DNA of 64,000 bases from an uncultured Actinomycetes bacterium (GCA_963742735.1 CAVUMN010000004.1:1344001-1408000), one strand, 5' to 3'; positions 33,695 through 43,907 are shown, counted from the stretch's first letter. The notes: generated by a model from the sequence alone, not told the origin. Made by a program: numbers and translations.

Positions 33695-34600
33695 GTGCCA
33701 GAGCCCTTGTCGATCCCAAACCGCGTCACCGTCCGCGAGGTCGGCCCTCGCGACGGCCTCCAGGCGGAGGACCCCATTCCCGTCGAGGGGCGCGTCCGGT
33801 TGATCGACGCGCTCTCGGTCTCCGGCGTCACCAAGATCGAGGCCGTGTCGTTCGTCTCGCCCAAGGCGGTTCCGGCGATGGCCGGTGCGGCCGAGGTGAT
33901 GGCCGGGATCACTCGAAGCGAGAGCGTGCAGTACTCGGCGCTCGTCCCGAACCGTCGCGGGGCCGAGGCCGGGGTCGAGGCCGGCGCGGACGCCCTCACC
34001 GCGTTCCTGGCCGCGAGCGACGGCTACAACCGCAAGAACGTCGGCAAGTCCGTCCAGGAGTCCGTGGCCGACGTCGCCGAGGTCGTCGCCGTGGCCCGCG
34101 AGGCCGGCCTCCCGATCGAGGCCACGATCTCCAGCGCGTTCGGCGACCCCTACGAGGGCCAGGTAACGCCGGAGCGCGTGGCCGAGGTCGCGGGGTGGCT
34201 GGCCGACGCCGGCGTCGAGGCCTTCTCCCTCGGCGACACCACCGGCATGGCCAGCCCGACGCGTATCACCGCAGTCGTCGAGCTCCTCCGCGAGCGGCTC
34301 CCGGATCACCGGCTCAACCTCCACCTCCACGACACCCGCGGCGCCGCCATGGCCAACGCACTCGCCGGCCTGCAGGCGGGCGTGACGGAGTTCGACGCGT
34401 CGATCGGCGGGCTCGGCGGATCGCCCTTCGCCCCCGCCGCGGGCGGCAACCTGGCCACCGAGGACTTCGTCCACCTGCTCCACGACATGGGCGTGCAGAC
34501 CGGACTCGACCCGACGAAGCTGCTCGAGGCGGCGGAGATCGCCCGAGAGCTCGTCGGCCACGACCTCTGGAGCCACCTGCCCAGGTCCGGCCCCCGGTAG
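33695..34600 (+). CDS. Hydroxymethylglutaryl-CoA lyase
   Basis: EVGPRDGLQ, SFVSPKAVP, LGDTTG, HLHDTRG and GNLATED motifs. Confidence 0.9.
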   Translation: MPEPLSIPNRVTVREVGPRDGLQAEDPIPVEGRVRLIDALSVSGVTKIEAVSFVSPKAVPAMAGAAEVMAGITRSESVQYSALVPNRRGAEAGVEAGADALTAFLAASDGYNRKNVGKSVQESVADVAEVVAVAREAGLPIEATISSAFGDPYEGQVTPERVAEVAGWLADAGVEAFSLGDTTGMASPTRITAVVELLRERLPDHRLNLHLHDTRGAAMANALAGLQAGVTEFDASIGGLGGSPFAPAAGGNLATEDFVHLLHDMGVQTGLDPTKLLEAAEIARELVGHDLWSHLPRSGPR

Positions 34601-34631
34601 CGCCTCCACAACCCGCTGGGATAATCGAGGC

Positions 34632-37600
34632 ATGCCGACCTGTCCCACGTGTGGCGTCGATCTTCCGGAGGGCGCGCGGTTCTGTCCGAGCTGCGGGTCG
34701 GCCGTGCCGACCGAGGTCGGGACCGAGGAGCGCAAGCTCGTCACGGTCGTGTTCGCCGACCTGGTCGACTCCACCGGGCTCACGCAGCGGCTCGACCCCG
34801 AGCGGGCGCGGGAGGTCATCGGGGCCTACTACGAGCTCGCGTCGGCCGAGCTCGCCTCGCTGCGGGGCCGCGCCGAGAAGTTCATCGGCGACGCGGTCAT
34901 GGCGGTGTTCGGGCTGCCCACCGTGCACGAGGACGACGCGGTCCGGGCGATCCGCGCGTCGCTCGCCATCCGCGACCGAACCCGAAAGCTCGGACCCGAG
35001 CTGGGGCTTCCGTTCGAGCTGGACGTCCACGTCGGGGTGGCCTCGGGCGCTGTCGCCTCGGGCGTCAGCCCGGCCGGCCAGCTGCTCGCGACCGGCCCGA
35101 CGGTCAACCTGGCGGCGCGCCTGCAGGACGCGGCCGCGCCGGGCGAGGTCCTCGCGTCCGAGACGACGGTCGAGCTCACCCGGAACTCCGTCGAGTTCGG
35201 CGAGCCGCGGATGATCGAGGCCGCGGGGTTCGACGCGCCGGTGCGCGCGTACCCCGTGGTCCGGCTGGCGGCGAGCCGGTCGCGGCGAACCATCCCGCTG
35301 ATCGGGCGCCGCTCGGAGCTCTCCCTGCTCGAGGAGACGTACCGGCGCGCGATCCGGAACAAGCGCGCGCACCTGTTCACCCTCCTCGGTGAGCCGGGGA
35401 TCGGCAAGAGCCGCCTGGTCCAGGAGTTCGTCTCGGGTCTGGGCGAGGACGTGACGGTCCTCACCGGCCGCGCGGTGTCGTGGGGCGGCGAGGTCACCTT
35501 CTGGCCGCTGGTCGAGATGCTCCGCGCCGAGGCGGGGATCCACGAGGACGACTCGGTCGCGGTCATCCGGGAGCGGCTGGAAGAGCTCGCCGAGGGGTGC
35601 TGCACGCGCGACGAGGCGCAGCAGGTCGCGGCCCAGCTGGCCCTGGCCCTCGGGGTCGGCGAGGAGGACACCGAGCGACAGTTCCTGCAGCAGGAGGTCC
35701 AGGCCGGGTTCCGGCGTCTCCTGGAGGGGCTCGGCGCCCGGGGTCCGCTGGCACTGGTCTTCGAGGACCTCCACGCGGCCCAGCCGGCGTTCCTCGACCT
35801 GATCGAGCACGCCGTCCTGCGCGTGAAGGGGATCCCCCTGTTCGTGTTGTCGGTGGCCCGTGAGGACCTCCTCGAGGACCGCCCGGGCTGGGGCGGAGGT
35901 CGCGCGGACGCCGTGACCCTGCACCTCGACCCCCTCGACCCCGAGGCCAGCGCCGAGCTCGCCCGCGAATCGGCCGGCGAGGAGCTCGACGATCTGACGG
36001 TCCGTCAGATCGCGGAGCGCACCGGCGGCAACCCGTTCTTCATCGTGGAGACCACCGGCATGCTCCTGCACGAGGGTCGCGAGGGGATGGCGCAGTCGGT
36101 GCTCCCGGCGACCGTCCATGCGGTCGTCGCTTCCCGGCTGGATCACCTCTCCGAGCCGGCGAGGGAGCTCGCCCGCAAGATGTCGGTGTTCCGGCCGCCC
36201 GTGGACCCCTCGGAGCTGGCCCTCGTCACCGACGTCTCCGACGAGGCGCTGGCCGAGCTCGAGCAGGAGGAGGTGCTGGTCCACGACGAGGGCGACCTCA
36301 CCCAGTGGCGGTTCCGCCACCAGGTCCTGCGCGACGTCGCGTACGAGTCCCTGCCGAAGCGGGAGCGCCAGCGGCTGCACCTGGCGGTCGCCGACGAGCT
36401 GATTGCCCGGGGCCTGCAGCCCCGCTATCCACAGGCCATCGCCTATCACCTGGAGCACGCCGCCCGGGCGAGCCTGGACCTGAACCCCGCCGACCGAGTC
36501 CTCGCCGACCGTGCCGTGGAGGCCCTCGGCGAGGCGGGGGATCGCCTCCGGCGGCGGATGGAGCTTCGCAGCGCGATCGACCTCTACCTCCGCGGGTTGG
36601 CCCTGGCCGGGCCGAAGGAGTCGTGGGGAGCGCGAGAGGCGGGGATGCTCGCCGGCATCGGCGAGTCGCAGTACTGGCTGGCCGAGTACGACCCGGCCCG
36701 CGAGCACCTGACGCGGGCCCTGGAGATCGGCGCCGGCTCGGACCGGGTCGTGGCGCATGCCGCCCGGTTCCTGGCGGACATCGTTTTGAACGTGGACGCG
36801 GACATCGAGGCCGCCGAGCGGCTGTTCACCCAGGCCCGCGAGGCGGCGGACCGCTACGGCGACCCGTACGTGATCGCCCGGGTCCGGCTGATGTCCGCTT
36901 GGGTGCCTTCGTGGCGAGGAGACCCGGGGACCGCGGAGAAGGAGTGGCGCGAGGTGGTCGAGCTCGCCCGCGAGCACGGCGACAAGTGGGCTGAGGCCCG
37001 TGCGCTGGCCAACCTGTGCTCGGCGAACTCCGCGGCCGGCGACGAGCGCGAGGCGATGGAGTTCGCGTCGGAGGCGCTGCGACTGGGCGAGGAGATGGGC
37101 GACCGGTTCACCGTCGCGGTGGCCCGGCAGTTCCTCGGCAACTCCTACCGGCGGATGGGCCGGCACGCCGAGGCGCTCGAGATGTTCTCCGCGGCGATCC
37201 GCGCCTTCGAGGACCTGGGCGCGCGGTGGGAGCAGGGCGCCGCGCTCGCCGATCGCGGCGAGGTTCGGCTGTTCACGGACGACCTTCGCGGCGCCGAGCG
37301 GGACTACCGCGAGGCCCTGTCGATCATGACCGCCCTCGACGAGCGCGGGTACCTCGGGTTCATCCACGAGGAGCTCGCGGTCCTGGCCGCCATGGAGGGC
37401 GACTGGCCGAGAGCCGAGACGCACCTGGAGCGCGCCGAGCGGATGGAGATCACCGGCGACCTGTTCAGCCGGGCCGGGCCCCTGGAGACGAAGGCCGAGC
37501 TGGCACTGCTCAAGGGGGACCGGGCGGCGGCGCTCGCCGCGACGCGCGAGGCCCTCGAGCTGCTCCGCCAGAGCGCGTACCGAAACCGCCACGCGGTCTC

Positions 37601-37748
37601 GCTGCTCCGGGCCGCGAACCGGTTCGGCGCGGACGCCGTCGGTGGCGAGGCCGAGGTGGCCGACGCCCGCGAACGCCTGGAGCGCGCCGGCTGGGTGATG
37701 CCCCCCGACCCGGTGGCGCGGGCGGCGAACGCCGAACCGGCACCGTGA
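34632..37748 (+). CDS. Second Zn-ribbon/adenylate-guanylate cyclase/AAA ATPase/TPR protein
   Basis: CPTC..CPSC, FADLVDST, KFIGDAVM, VNLAARL, GEPGIGKS, FEDLH and GNPFF motifs, then a TPR tail. Confidence 0.9.
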   Translation: MPTCPTCGVDLPEGARFCPSCGSAVPTEVGTEERKLVTVVFADLVDSTGLTQRLDPERAREVIGAYYELASAELASLRGRAEKFIGDAVMAVFGLPTVHEDDAVRAIRASLAIRDRTRKLGPELGLPFELDVHVGVASGAVASGVSPAGQLLATGPTVNLAARLQDAAAPGEVLASETTVELTRNSVEFGEPRMIEAAGFDAPVRAYPVVRLAASRSRRTIPLIGRRSELSLLEETYRRAIRNKRAHLFTLLGEPGIGKSRLVQEFVSGLGEDVTVLTGRAVSWGGEVTFWPLVEMLRAEAGIHEDDSVAVIRERLEELAEGCCTRDEAQQVAAQLALALGVGEEDTERQFLQQEVQAGFRRLLEGLGARGPLALVFEDLHAAQPAFLDLIEHAVLRVKGIPLFVLSVAREDLLEDRPGWGGGRADAVTLHLDPLDPEASAELARESAGEELDDLTVRQIAERTGGNPFFIVETTGMLLHEGREGMAQSVLPATVHAVVASRLDHLSEPARELARKMSVFRPPVDPSELALVTDVSDEALAELEQEEVLVHDEGDLTQWRFRHQVLRDVAYESLPKRERQRLHLAVADELIARGLQPRYPQAIAYHLEHAARASLDLNPADRVLADRAVEALGEAGDRLRRRMELRSAIDLYLRGLALAGPKESWGAREAGMLAGIGESQYWLAEYDPAREHLTRALEIGAGSDRVVAHAARFLADIVLNVDADIEAAERLFTQAREAADRYGDPYVIARVRLMSAWVPSWRGDPGTAEKEWREVVELAREHGDKWAEARALANLCSANSAAGDEREAMEFASEALRLGEEMGDRFTVAVARQFLGNSYRRMGRHAEALEMFSAAIRAFEDLGARWEQGAALADRGEVRLFTDDLRGAERDYREALSIMTALDERGYLGFIHEELAVLAAMEGDWPRAETHLERAERMEITGDLFSRAGPLETKAELALLKGDRAAALAATREALELLRQSAYRNRHAVSLLRAANRFGADAVGGEAEVADARERLERAGWVMPPDPVARAANAEPAP

Positions 37749-37792
37749 CGGCCACCTTCGCGAAGGGCGCCTAGTACCCTTTGATTCGCGAC

Positions 37793-37831
37793 GGGGGTCG
37801 GCTACGCGGGCAGCCGGCCCCCGCCGCTTTT
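37793..37831 (+). terminator. Candidate intrinsic terminator hairpin
   Basis: GGGGGTCGGCT...AGCCGGCCCCC stem, followed shortly by CTTTT, downstream of the cyclase gene. Confidence 0.45.
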
Positions 37832-37853
37832 CCGTCGATAGACTGCGGCCGCA

Positions 37854-39017
37854 ATGGACTTCGACCTCAGCCCGGAGCAGGAAGCGTTCCGGCGCGTCGT
37901 CCGCGACTTCGCCGAAGCCGTGGTCCGCCCTCGCGCCGAGGAGATGGACGAGCGGGCGGAGCTCCCCATGGACATCGTCAAGCAGATGGGCGAGCTCGGG
38001 CTGTTCGGCCTGCCGTTCCCGGAGGAGTACGGGGGGCAGGGGTCGGACTTCCTGACCCTGTGTCTGGCCATCGAGGAGCTCGCCCGGGTCGACTCGAGCA
38101 TCGCGATCACGCTCGAGGCCGCGGTCGGCCTCGGCGCGAACCCGATCTACCGCTTCGGCACCCAGGCCCAGAAGGAGCGCTGGCTCGTGCCGATGTGCCG
38201 GGGAGAGATCCTGGGCGCGTTCGGCCTGACCGAGCCCGACGGCGGCTCCGACGCCGGCTCGACGCGAACCACTGCGGTCCTCCAGGACGATCAGTGGGTC
38301 ATCAACGGCTCGAAGGCGTTCATCACCAACGCCGGCACGCCGATCAGCGCGCTGGTCACCGTCACCGCGGTCACCGGGACCGAGGCGGGCGGCCACAAGG
38401 AGATCTCGACGATCATCGTTCCCACGGACACGCCCGGCTTCCAGGCGGCGAAGGCCTACCGCAAGATCGGCTGGCACGCCTCGGACACGCGCGAGCTCTC
38501 GTTCAACGACTGCCGCGTGCCCGAGGAGAACCTCCTGGGGGAGGTGGGGGCGGGCTACAAGCAGTTCTTGCAGACCCTCGACGACGGGCGTGTGGCCATT
38601 GCGGCCCTCGCGGTCGGTCTGGCGCAGGGATGTCTGGACGAGAGCGTTCGGTACGCGAAGGAGCGGCACGCGTTCGGCAGGCCCATCGGGGCGTTCCAGG
38701 GTCTGCAGTTCAAGATCGCCGACATGCGGGTGGCCGTGGAGCTGGCCCGGCTCGCCGTCTATCGCGCGGCCTGGCTGCAGATGTCGGGCCGGCCGTTCAA
38801 GGCCGAGGCATCCATCGCCAAGCTGTACGCGACCGAGATGGCCGTGACCGCGGCGCGAGACGCCGTGCAGGTCTTCGGGGGCTACGGCTACATCGAGGAG
38901 TCACCGGTTGCCCGGTATTACCGAGATGCGAAGGTCCTGGAGATCGGCGAGGGCACCAGCGAGATCCAGCGCCTGCTCATCGCCCGGGACCTGGGCCTGC
39001 CGGGGACCGACCTGTAG
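37854..39017 (+). CDS. Acyl-CoA dehydrogenase
   Basis: FGLTEPDGGSD, NGSKAFITN, FGGYGY and IGEGTSEIQR motifs. Confidence 0.93.
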   Translation: MDFDLSPEQEAFRRVVRDFAEAVVRPRAEEMDERAELPMDIVKQMGELGLFGLPFPEEYGGQGSDFLTLCLAIEELARVDSSIAITLEAAVGLGANPIYRFGTQAQKERWLVPMCRGEILGAFGLTEPDGGSDAGSTRTTAVLQDDQWVINGSKAFITNAGTPISALVTVTAVTGTEAGGHKEISTIIVPTDTPGFQAAKAYRKIGWHASDTRELSFNDCRVPEENLLGEVGAGYKQFLQTLDDGRVAIAALAVGLAQGCLDESVRYAKERHAFGRPIGAFQGLQFKIADMRVAVELARLAVYRAAWLQMSGRPFKAEASIAKLYATEMAVTAARDAVQVFGGYGYIEESPVARYYRDAKVLEIGEGTSEIQRLLIARDLGLPGTDL

Positions 39018-39069
39018 GCTGACCGGTGATTGAACGCCCCGTCCCGAGGCGTCACTCTGAGCATTCGAG

Positions 39070-39099
39070 TTGACATATGCCACAGGAGTTCAGTAGAAG
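39070..39099 (+). promoter_or_regulatory. Candidate housekeeping promoter
   Basis: TTGACA at 39070-39075, 18-nt spacer, TAGAAG, about 10 nt before GTG 39110. Confidence 0.4.
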
Positions 39100-39109
39100 A
39101 GGCCCCACT

Positions 39110-40246
39110 GTGCCCAGCCGAGCTTCCCTCGGGCGCCGGAGACGGCGCACCGCCTCGGCGGCGACGGTCGTCGTCGTCGTGCTCACCATGTTCGCCTCCG
39201 GCTACGCCGTCGCGGACACCAAGGCCGACCTCGTCGCAGCCAAGCGCCGCCTGGCCCAGCTCGAGAACGAGGTCGCCGACGCCGAGGCGCAGGGCGCGGC
39301 CCTCCAGGCCCAGGCCGACGCCATCGCCGCGCAGGTCCACCAGACGGGTGAGGCGATCGCGGAGACCGAGTTCCGCATCGAGCAGACCCTGGCCGGCATC
39401 CACCGCCGGGAGGTGCGGATCGCCGCGCTCGAGGAACGGCTGGGACAGCGAGCCCGGCACGCCTACATCTCCGGCCCCGGCGGGATCTTCGAGGTCATCC
39501 TCGGTTCGTCCTCGTTCGGGGATCTGTCCGACCGCCTTGCCCTCTACGACTCGGTGCAGAAGTCCGACGCCGACCTGGCCCTGTCGATCGAGAACGAGCG
39601 CGTCGAGCTCGAGGGCCGCAAGGCCGAGCTCGACGGGATGAAGGCCGAGCTGGTGCGGGTCCGGCGCATCCAGGAGCGGCAGCTGGCCGCGCAGATCGAG
39701 AAGCTCGGGCAGATGGCGGTGGTGCTCGAGCGGCTGGCCGACAAGCGGGCGGAGGCCAAGGAGCTCGTCGCCACCCTGACCAAGCGATGGAAGAACGAGC
39801 TGGCGGCGATCAAGCGGGCCCAGGAGCTGGCCGGCGGGGGGATCATCCACGGGACGGGGATCTTCAAGGTATGCCCGGTCGACGCCCCCAACTCGTTCAG
39901 CAACGACTTCGGAGCTGCGCGGGTCGGTCACACGCACCAGGGCAACGACGTCTTCGCCCCCTCAGGCACACCGATCCGCGCGCCGTTCCCGGGGGTGGCC
40001 TCCGACGCCTCGAACTCGCTGGGCGGGCTGTCGGTCTACGTTCACGGCGCCGGCGGCTACGTCTACAACGCCCACCTCTCGCGCTTCGGGAAGATGGGCT
40101 CCGTCAACACGGGCGATGTGATCGGGTATGTCGGGAACACCGGAAACGCCCGGTACACGCCGCCTCACGACCATTTCGAGTGGCACCCCGGTAACGGCGG
40201 CGCGGTGAACCCGTACTACTACCTGCTCGACGCCTGCCGTTCCTGA
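39110..40246 (+). CDS. Coiled-coil + M23 peptidase (murein hydrolase)
   Basis: Signal peptide, long coiled coil, and H.G.D (HQGND), YNAH and PHDHFE motifs. Confidence 0.88.
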   Translation: MPSRASLGRRRRRTASAATVVVVVLTMFASGYAVADTKADLVAAKRRLAQLENEVADAEAQGAALQAQADAIAAQVHQTGEAIAETEFRIEQTLAGIHRREVRIAALEERLGQRARHAYISGPGGIFEVILGSSSFGDLSDRLALYDSVQKSDADLALSIENERVELEGRKAELDGMKAELVRVRRIQERQLAAQIEKLGQMAVVLERLADKRAEAKELVATLTKRWKNELAAIKRAQELAGGGIIHGTGIFKVCPVDAPNSFSNDFGAARVGHTHQGNDVFAPSGTPIRAPFPGVASDASNSLGGLSVYVHGAGGYVYNAHLSRFGKMGSVNTGDVIGYVGNTGNARYTPPHDHFEWHPGNGGAVNPYYYLLDACRS

Positions 40247-40449
40247 CGGATTGGCCCCGGAATGCCCCGATTCGTTCCCTGACGCCATCGGATAACTAGT
40301 CCGTTCGGGCCAGGAATTCGCCGGTCCATCCCGTATCTAATGAGGGTGCCCAACGCTATTTCCTAGCGAAAAAGGCCGAGGAATCGCTTACGCCCGGGGC
40401 GTTCCGTGCCGATGGAACGACGGTAACTAGTTCCGCTCCCGAAAGGAAC

Positions 40450-41829
40450 GTGACCGTGAAGCCCCTCCGTCTCTTCGTTGCGCTCAGCGTCACCCTGCTG
40501 GTGGTTGCCCTCGGGCTCCCGTTCTTCTCGTCGGCTCCGTCCGGCGCCGCGTCATCGCTCAGTGGTCTTCGCATCCTCTCCGCCCGCAGCTGGGTGGCCG
40601 AGGACGGACATCTGTACACGAAGGCCGACATCCAGGTCGACGGAACGACCCTCCGCAACGTCCGGACCGCGGGCGGCGTCGTCGGCGACAACTGGGAGTT
40701 CGTCGAGTCTCGCGAGCTCGCCGGCGAGGGCTCGCAGGCCGTGCACTCGGCTGACATCGTCGCCGCCCTTCTCCGCGGCCAGCGCTCCGAGGACGGGGTG
40801 TACCGCGACGCCACCGCGGGGTCCTCGGCGACCGCGCTCGGCACTCCCGGCTACTCGACCATCTACGGCTACGGCTGGTGCTCGGCCAACCTGAGCGCCC
40901 CCTACCGGATCAACCCGGCCGGTGCGCCCGGCGGCGCCATCGGCGTGATCCGCGCCGGGTTCAACACGTGGACCAACCACAAGAGCTCGTGGATCTCGTT
41001 CGCGTACAAGGGATCGACGACCGCGGCCAAGCCCGTGCGCGACGGTCTGAACACGGTGTACTTCTCGCGCAGCGCCGAGGCGTTCCTCGGGCGGACGTGG
41101 GTGTACGGGGCGGGAACGCGCCTGACCGGGTTCGACATGCAGCTCAACTCCCGGTACCCCCTGACGGTCGGCGGCTCGGGCTTCGACCTGCAGAGCGTGG
41201 TCGCGCACGAGGCCGGTCACGCGGCGGGCTTCGGGCACACCTCCAGCGGCGGAAACCTGATGTACGGCGGCGGCCAGCCGGCCGGCCAGAAGACCCACTA
41301 CCTGGGGGCCGTCGACAAGGCCGGCCTGACCGCGATCTACCCCTACAACTCGCAGAGCGCCCGGCTCGTGAGCGTGACCGCCCCGAAGTCGATGCGCGCC
41401 GGTGGGACCGGCACCGTCACCGCGGTGTTCGAGAACGTCGGCCGCACGCCGTGGGGCAAGGGGTTCGGCGGCTTCCGCATCCGCACATCCGCGCCGAACC
41501 TGCGCATCAGCAAGTTCGTCTACTCCTCGACCTGGCTGACCGGGTCCTTCCCGGCACGCTCCTACGCGCCGACGTGCAAGGGCGAGCGCGTGACCGTCAC
41601 CTGGAAGATGAAGGCCCCCTCGGCGACCGGCTCCTACACCGAGACGTTCACCCCCGTGGTCGGCGACCTGCTCCACACTCGCTGGCTGACCGGCTCGGTC
41701 GTGAAGCTCCCGATCAAGGTCGGCACCTCGACGTACAGCGGGAGCATCGGCTCGGGCTCAGGCTCGGGCTCGGGCTCCGGCTCGGGATCGACCGGAGGCG
41801 GATGCTTCCTGGGGATCTTCTGCTGGTAG
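40450..41829 (+). CDS. Secreted matrixin (M10/metzincin) metalloprotease with Ig-like domain and GS-linked Cys tail
   Basis: Signal peptide, HEAGHAAGFGH, Met-turn NLMY, N.G..W Ig-like domain, and (GS)n-TGGGCFLGIFCW. Confidence 0.82.
   Translation: MTVKPLRLFVALSVTLLVVALGLPFFSSAPSGAASSLSGLRILSARSWVAEDGHLYTKADIQVDGTTLRNVRTAGGVVGDNWEFVESRELAGEGSQAVHSADIVAALLRGQRSEDGVYRDATAGSSATALGTPGYSTIYGYGWCSANLSAPYRINPAGAPGGAIGVIRAGFNTWTNHKSSWISFAYKGSTTAAKPVRDGLNTVYFSRSAEAFLGRTWVYGAGTRLTGFDMQLNSRYPLTVGGSGFDLQSVVAHEAGHAAGFGHTSSGGNLMYGGGQPAGQKTHYLGAVDKAGLTAIYPYNSQSARLVSVTAPKSMRAGGTGTVTAVFENVGRTPWGKGFGGFRIRTSAPNLRISKFVYSSTWLTGSFPARSYAPTCKGERVTVTWKMKAPSATGSYTETFTPVVGDLLHTRWLTGSVVKLPIKVGTSTYSGSIGSGSGSGSGSGSGSTGGGCFLGIFCW
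41749..41790 (+). repeat. GGCTCN hexamer tandem repeat encoding a Gly-Ser linker
   Basis: ggctcg ggctca ggctcg ggctcg ggctcc ggctcg ggatcg. Confidence 0.8.
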
Positions 41830-41897
41830 TGACGGCGAGCTGATACCTACCCGCCCGTATACTTCGACCGTGCGCCCCGACGCGCACGGTCGAAGTC

Positions 41898-43898
41898 ATG
41901 TCTGAGACCCCGCCGGAAGCCGCCAGCACCGATCGCCCCTGGATCTTTCGCACGTACGCGGGCTACGGGACCCCCCGGGCCACCAACGAGCGCTTCCTCC
42001 GCAACCTGGCCAAGGGCCAGACCGGGCTGTCCATCGCGTTCGATCTCCCCACGCAGACCGGCTACGACAGCGACCATCCGATGGCCCGCGGCGAGGTCGG
42101 CAAGGTGGGCGTCCCCATCGGTCACCTCGGCGACATGCGGCAGGTGTTCGAGGGCATCCCGGTCGAGCGGATGAACACCTCGATGACGATCAACGCGACG
42201 GCCGCGTGGCTCCTGGCCCTCTACGCCGGCGTGGCCGACGAGCAGGGCGCGGCCCGGGCCGCCCTCGAGGGCACCACGCAGAACGACATCCTCAAGGAGT
42301 ACCTCTCGCGGGGGACCTACGTCTTTCCCCCCGCCGAGTCGATGCGCCTGACCACCGACCTCGTCACCTGGACCCTCGCCGAGGCGCCCAAGTGGAACCC
42401 CATCAACGTGTGCTCGTATCACCTCCAGGAAGCCGGCGCGGGCCCCGTGCTGGAGGCGGCGTACACCATGGCGAACGCGATCGCGGTGCTCGACGCCACG
42501 CGCGCCACCGGCCGGGTCTCCGAGGACGACCTTCCCCGGCTGGCGGGGCGCATCTCGTTCTTCTGCAACGCCGGCATCCGGTTCGTCGAGGAGACGGCGA
42601 AGCTTCGGGCCATGGCCCGGCTGTGGGACCGAATCACCGCCGAGCGTTACGGCGTGGAGGACCCCAAGTTCCGCCGGTTCCGCTACGGCGTCCAGGTCAA
42701 CTCCCTCGGGCTCACCGCGCCGCAGGCGGAGAACAACGTCTACCGGATCCTGCTGGAGATGCTCGCGGTCACGCTGTCGAAGGACGCCCGGGCGCGCGCG
42801 GTTCAGCTCCCGGCGTGGAACGAGGCCCTCGGCCTGCCCCGCGCCTGGGACCAGCAGTGGTCGCTCCGGGCGCAGCAGATCCTGGCGCTCGAGACCGACC
42901 TGTTGGAGTACGGCGACCTGTTCAACGGCTCGCCGGTCATGGAGGAGATCACCGAGCGCATCGAGACCGAGGCGTGGGAGGAGCTCCAGCGGGTGCTCGA
43001 GAAGGGCGGGTCGGTCGAAGCGCTCGGCTACATGAAGGAGCAGCTGGTGGCGTCGCACGCGCGGAGCCGGCGAGCCCTCGAGTCGGGGGAGCGGACGGTG
43101 GTCGGCGTCAACGCCTACACCGAGACCGAGGAGCTGCCGCTGACGCCGGGCGAGGACGTCAGCTTCCACGTCGTCGACCCCGCGCTGGAGGCCGAGCAGC
43201 TCGAGGACCTTGAGCGGTGGCGGGCCACCCGCGACGCGGCGGCGACGACGGCGGTCCTCGACGAGCTTCGCCGGGCCGCGGAGGCGGGAGAGAACGTGAT
43301 GCCTGCGAGCATCGCGGCCGCCACGGCCGGCGCGACCACGGGGGAGTGGGCCGACGCCCTTCGGGAGGTGTTCGGTGAGTATCGAGCCCCGACCGGCGTG
43401 AGCTCTCGGGCCGCCGCGAACGGACAGACGTCGGCCTCCCTCGACGACGCCCGCCGGCGCGTGGAGGCGGCGGCGAAGCGGCTGGGGGTGGCGCGACTGC
43501 GCATGCTGGTCGGAAAGCCCGGGCTCGACGGACACTCGAACGCGGCCGAGCAGGTCGCGGTGCGGGCGCGCGACGCCGGCGTTGAGGTCGTGTACCAGGG
43601 GATCCGCCTCACGGCGCAGGAGATCGCCCGGGCGGCGGTCGACGAGGACGTGCACGTCATCGGCCTGTCCGTCCTCTCGGGCGCGCACAACCTGATCGTG
43701 CCCGACGTGATCGATCGCCTGCGGGCCGAGGGGGTCGACCCGGCCCGGACCCCGATCGTCGTGGGGGGCGTGATCCCCGACGACGACGCGGCCAAGCTGA
43801 TCGAGCTGGGGGTCGCGCGGGTGTTCACGCCGAAGGACCACGACCTGACCGCGATGATCGGCGAGATCGCCGACCTCGTCGCTCCCGGGCCCGGGTAG
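41898..43898 (+). CDS. ecm: Ethylmalonyl-CoA mutase (MeaA/Ecm)
   Basis: RTYAG, CSYHLQEAG, FRYGVQVNSLGLT and ARAVQLPAWNEALGLP motifs, B12 motif KPGLDGHSN, and ccr in the same window. Confidence 0.92.
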   Translation: MSETPPEAASTDRPWIFRTYAGYGTPRATNERFLRNLAKGQTGLSIAFDLPTQTGYDSDHPMARGEVGKVGVPIGHLGDMRQVFEGIPVERMNTSMTINATAAWLLALYAGVADEQGAARAALEGTTQNDILKEYLSRGTYVFPPAESMRLTTDLVTWTLAEAPKWNPINVCSYHLQEAGAGPVLEAAYTMANAIAVLDATRATGRVSEDDLPRLAGRISFFCNAGIRFVEETAKLRAMARLWDRITAERYGVEDPKFRRFRYGVQVNSLGLTAPQAENNVYRILLEMLAVTLSKDARARAVQLPAWNEALGLPRAWDQQWSLRAQQILALETDLLEYGDLFNGSPVMEEITERIETEAWEELQRVLEKGGSVEALGYMKEQLVASHARSRRALESGERTVVGVNAYTETEELPLTPGEDVSFHVVDPALEAEQLEDLERWRATRDAAATTAVLDELRRAAEAGENVMPASIAAATAGATTGEWADALREVFGEYRAPTGVSSRAAANGQTSASLDDARRRVEAAAKRLGVARLRMLVGKPGLDGHSNAAEQVAVRARDAGVEVVYQGIRLTAQEIARAAVDEDVHVIGLSVLSGAHNLIVPDVIDRLRAEGVDPARTPIVVGGVIPDDDAAKLIELGVARVFTPKDHDLTAMIGEIADLVAPGPG

Positions 43899-43907
43899 GA
43901 GGCCCGA

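Noticed and set aside
34314-38669. Very long antisense or alternative-frame ORFs (e.g. 34314..38669-, 50821..54459+, 9048..12092-, 29099..31747-)
   Set aside because: These are shadow ORFs expected in high-GC DNA. They overlap motif-supported genes and carry no recognisable domains.
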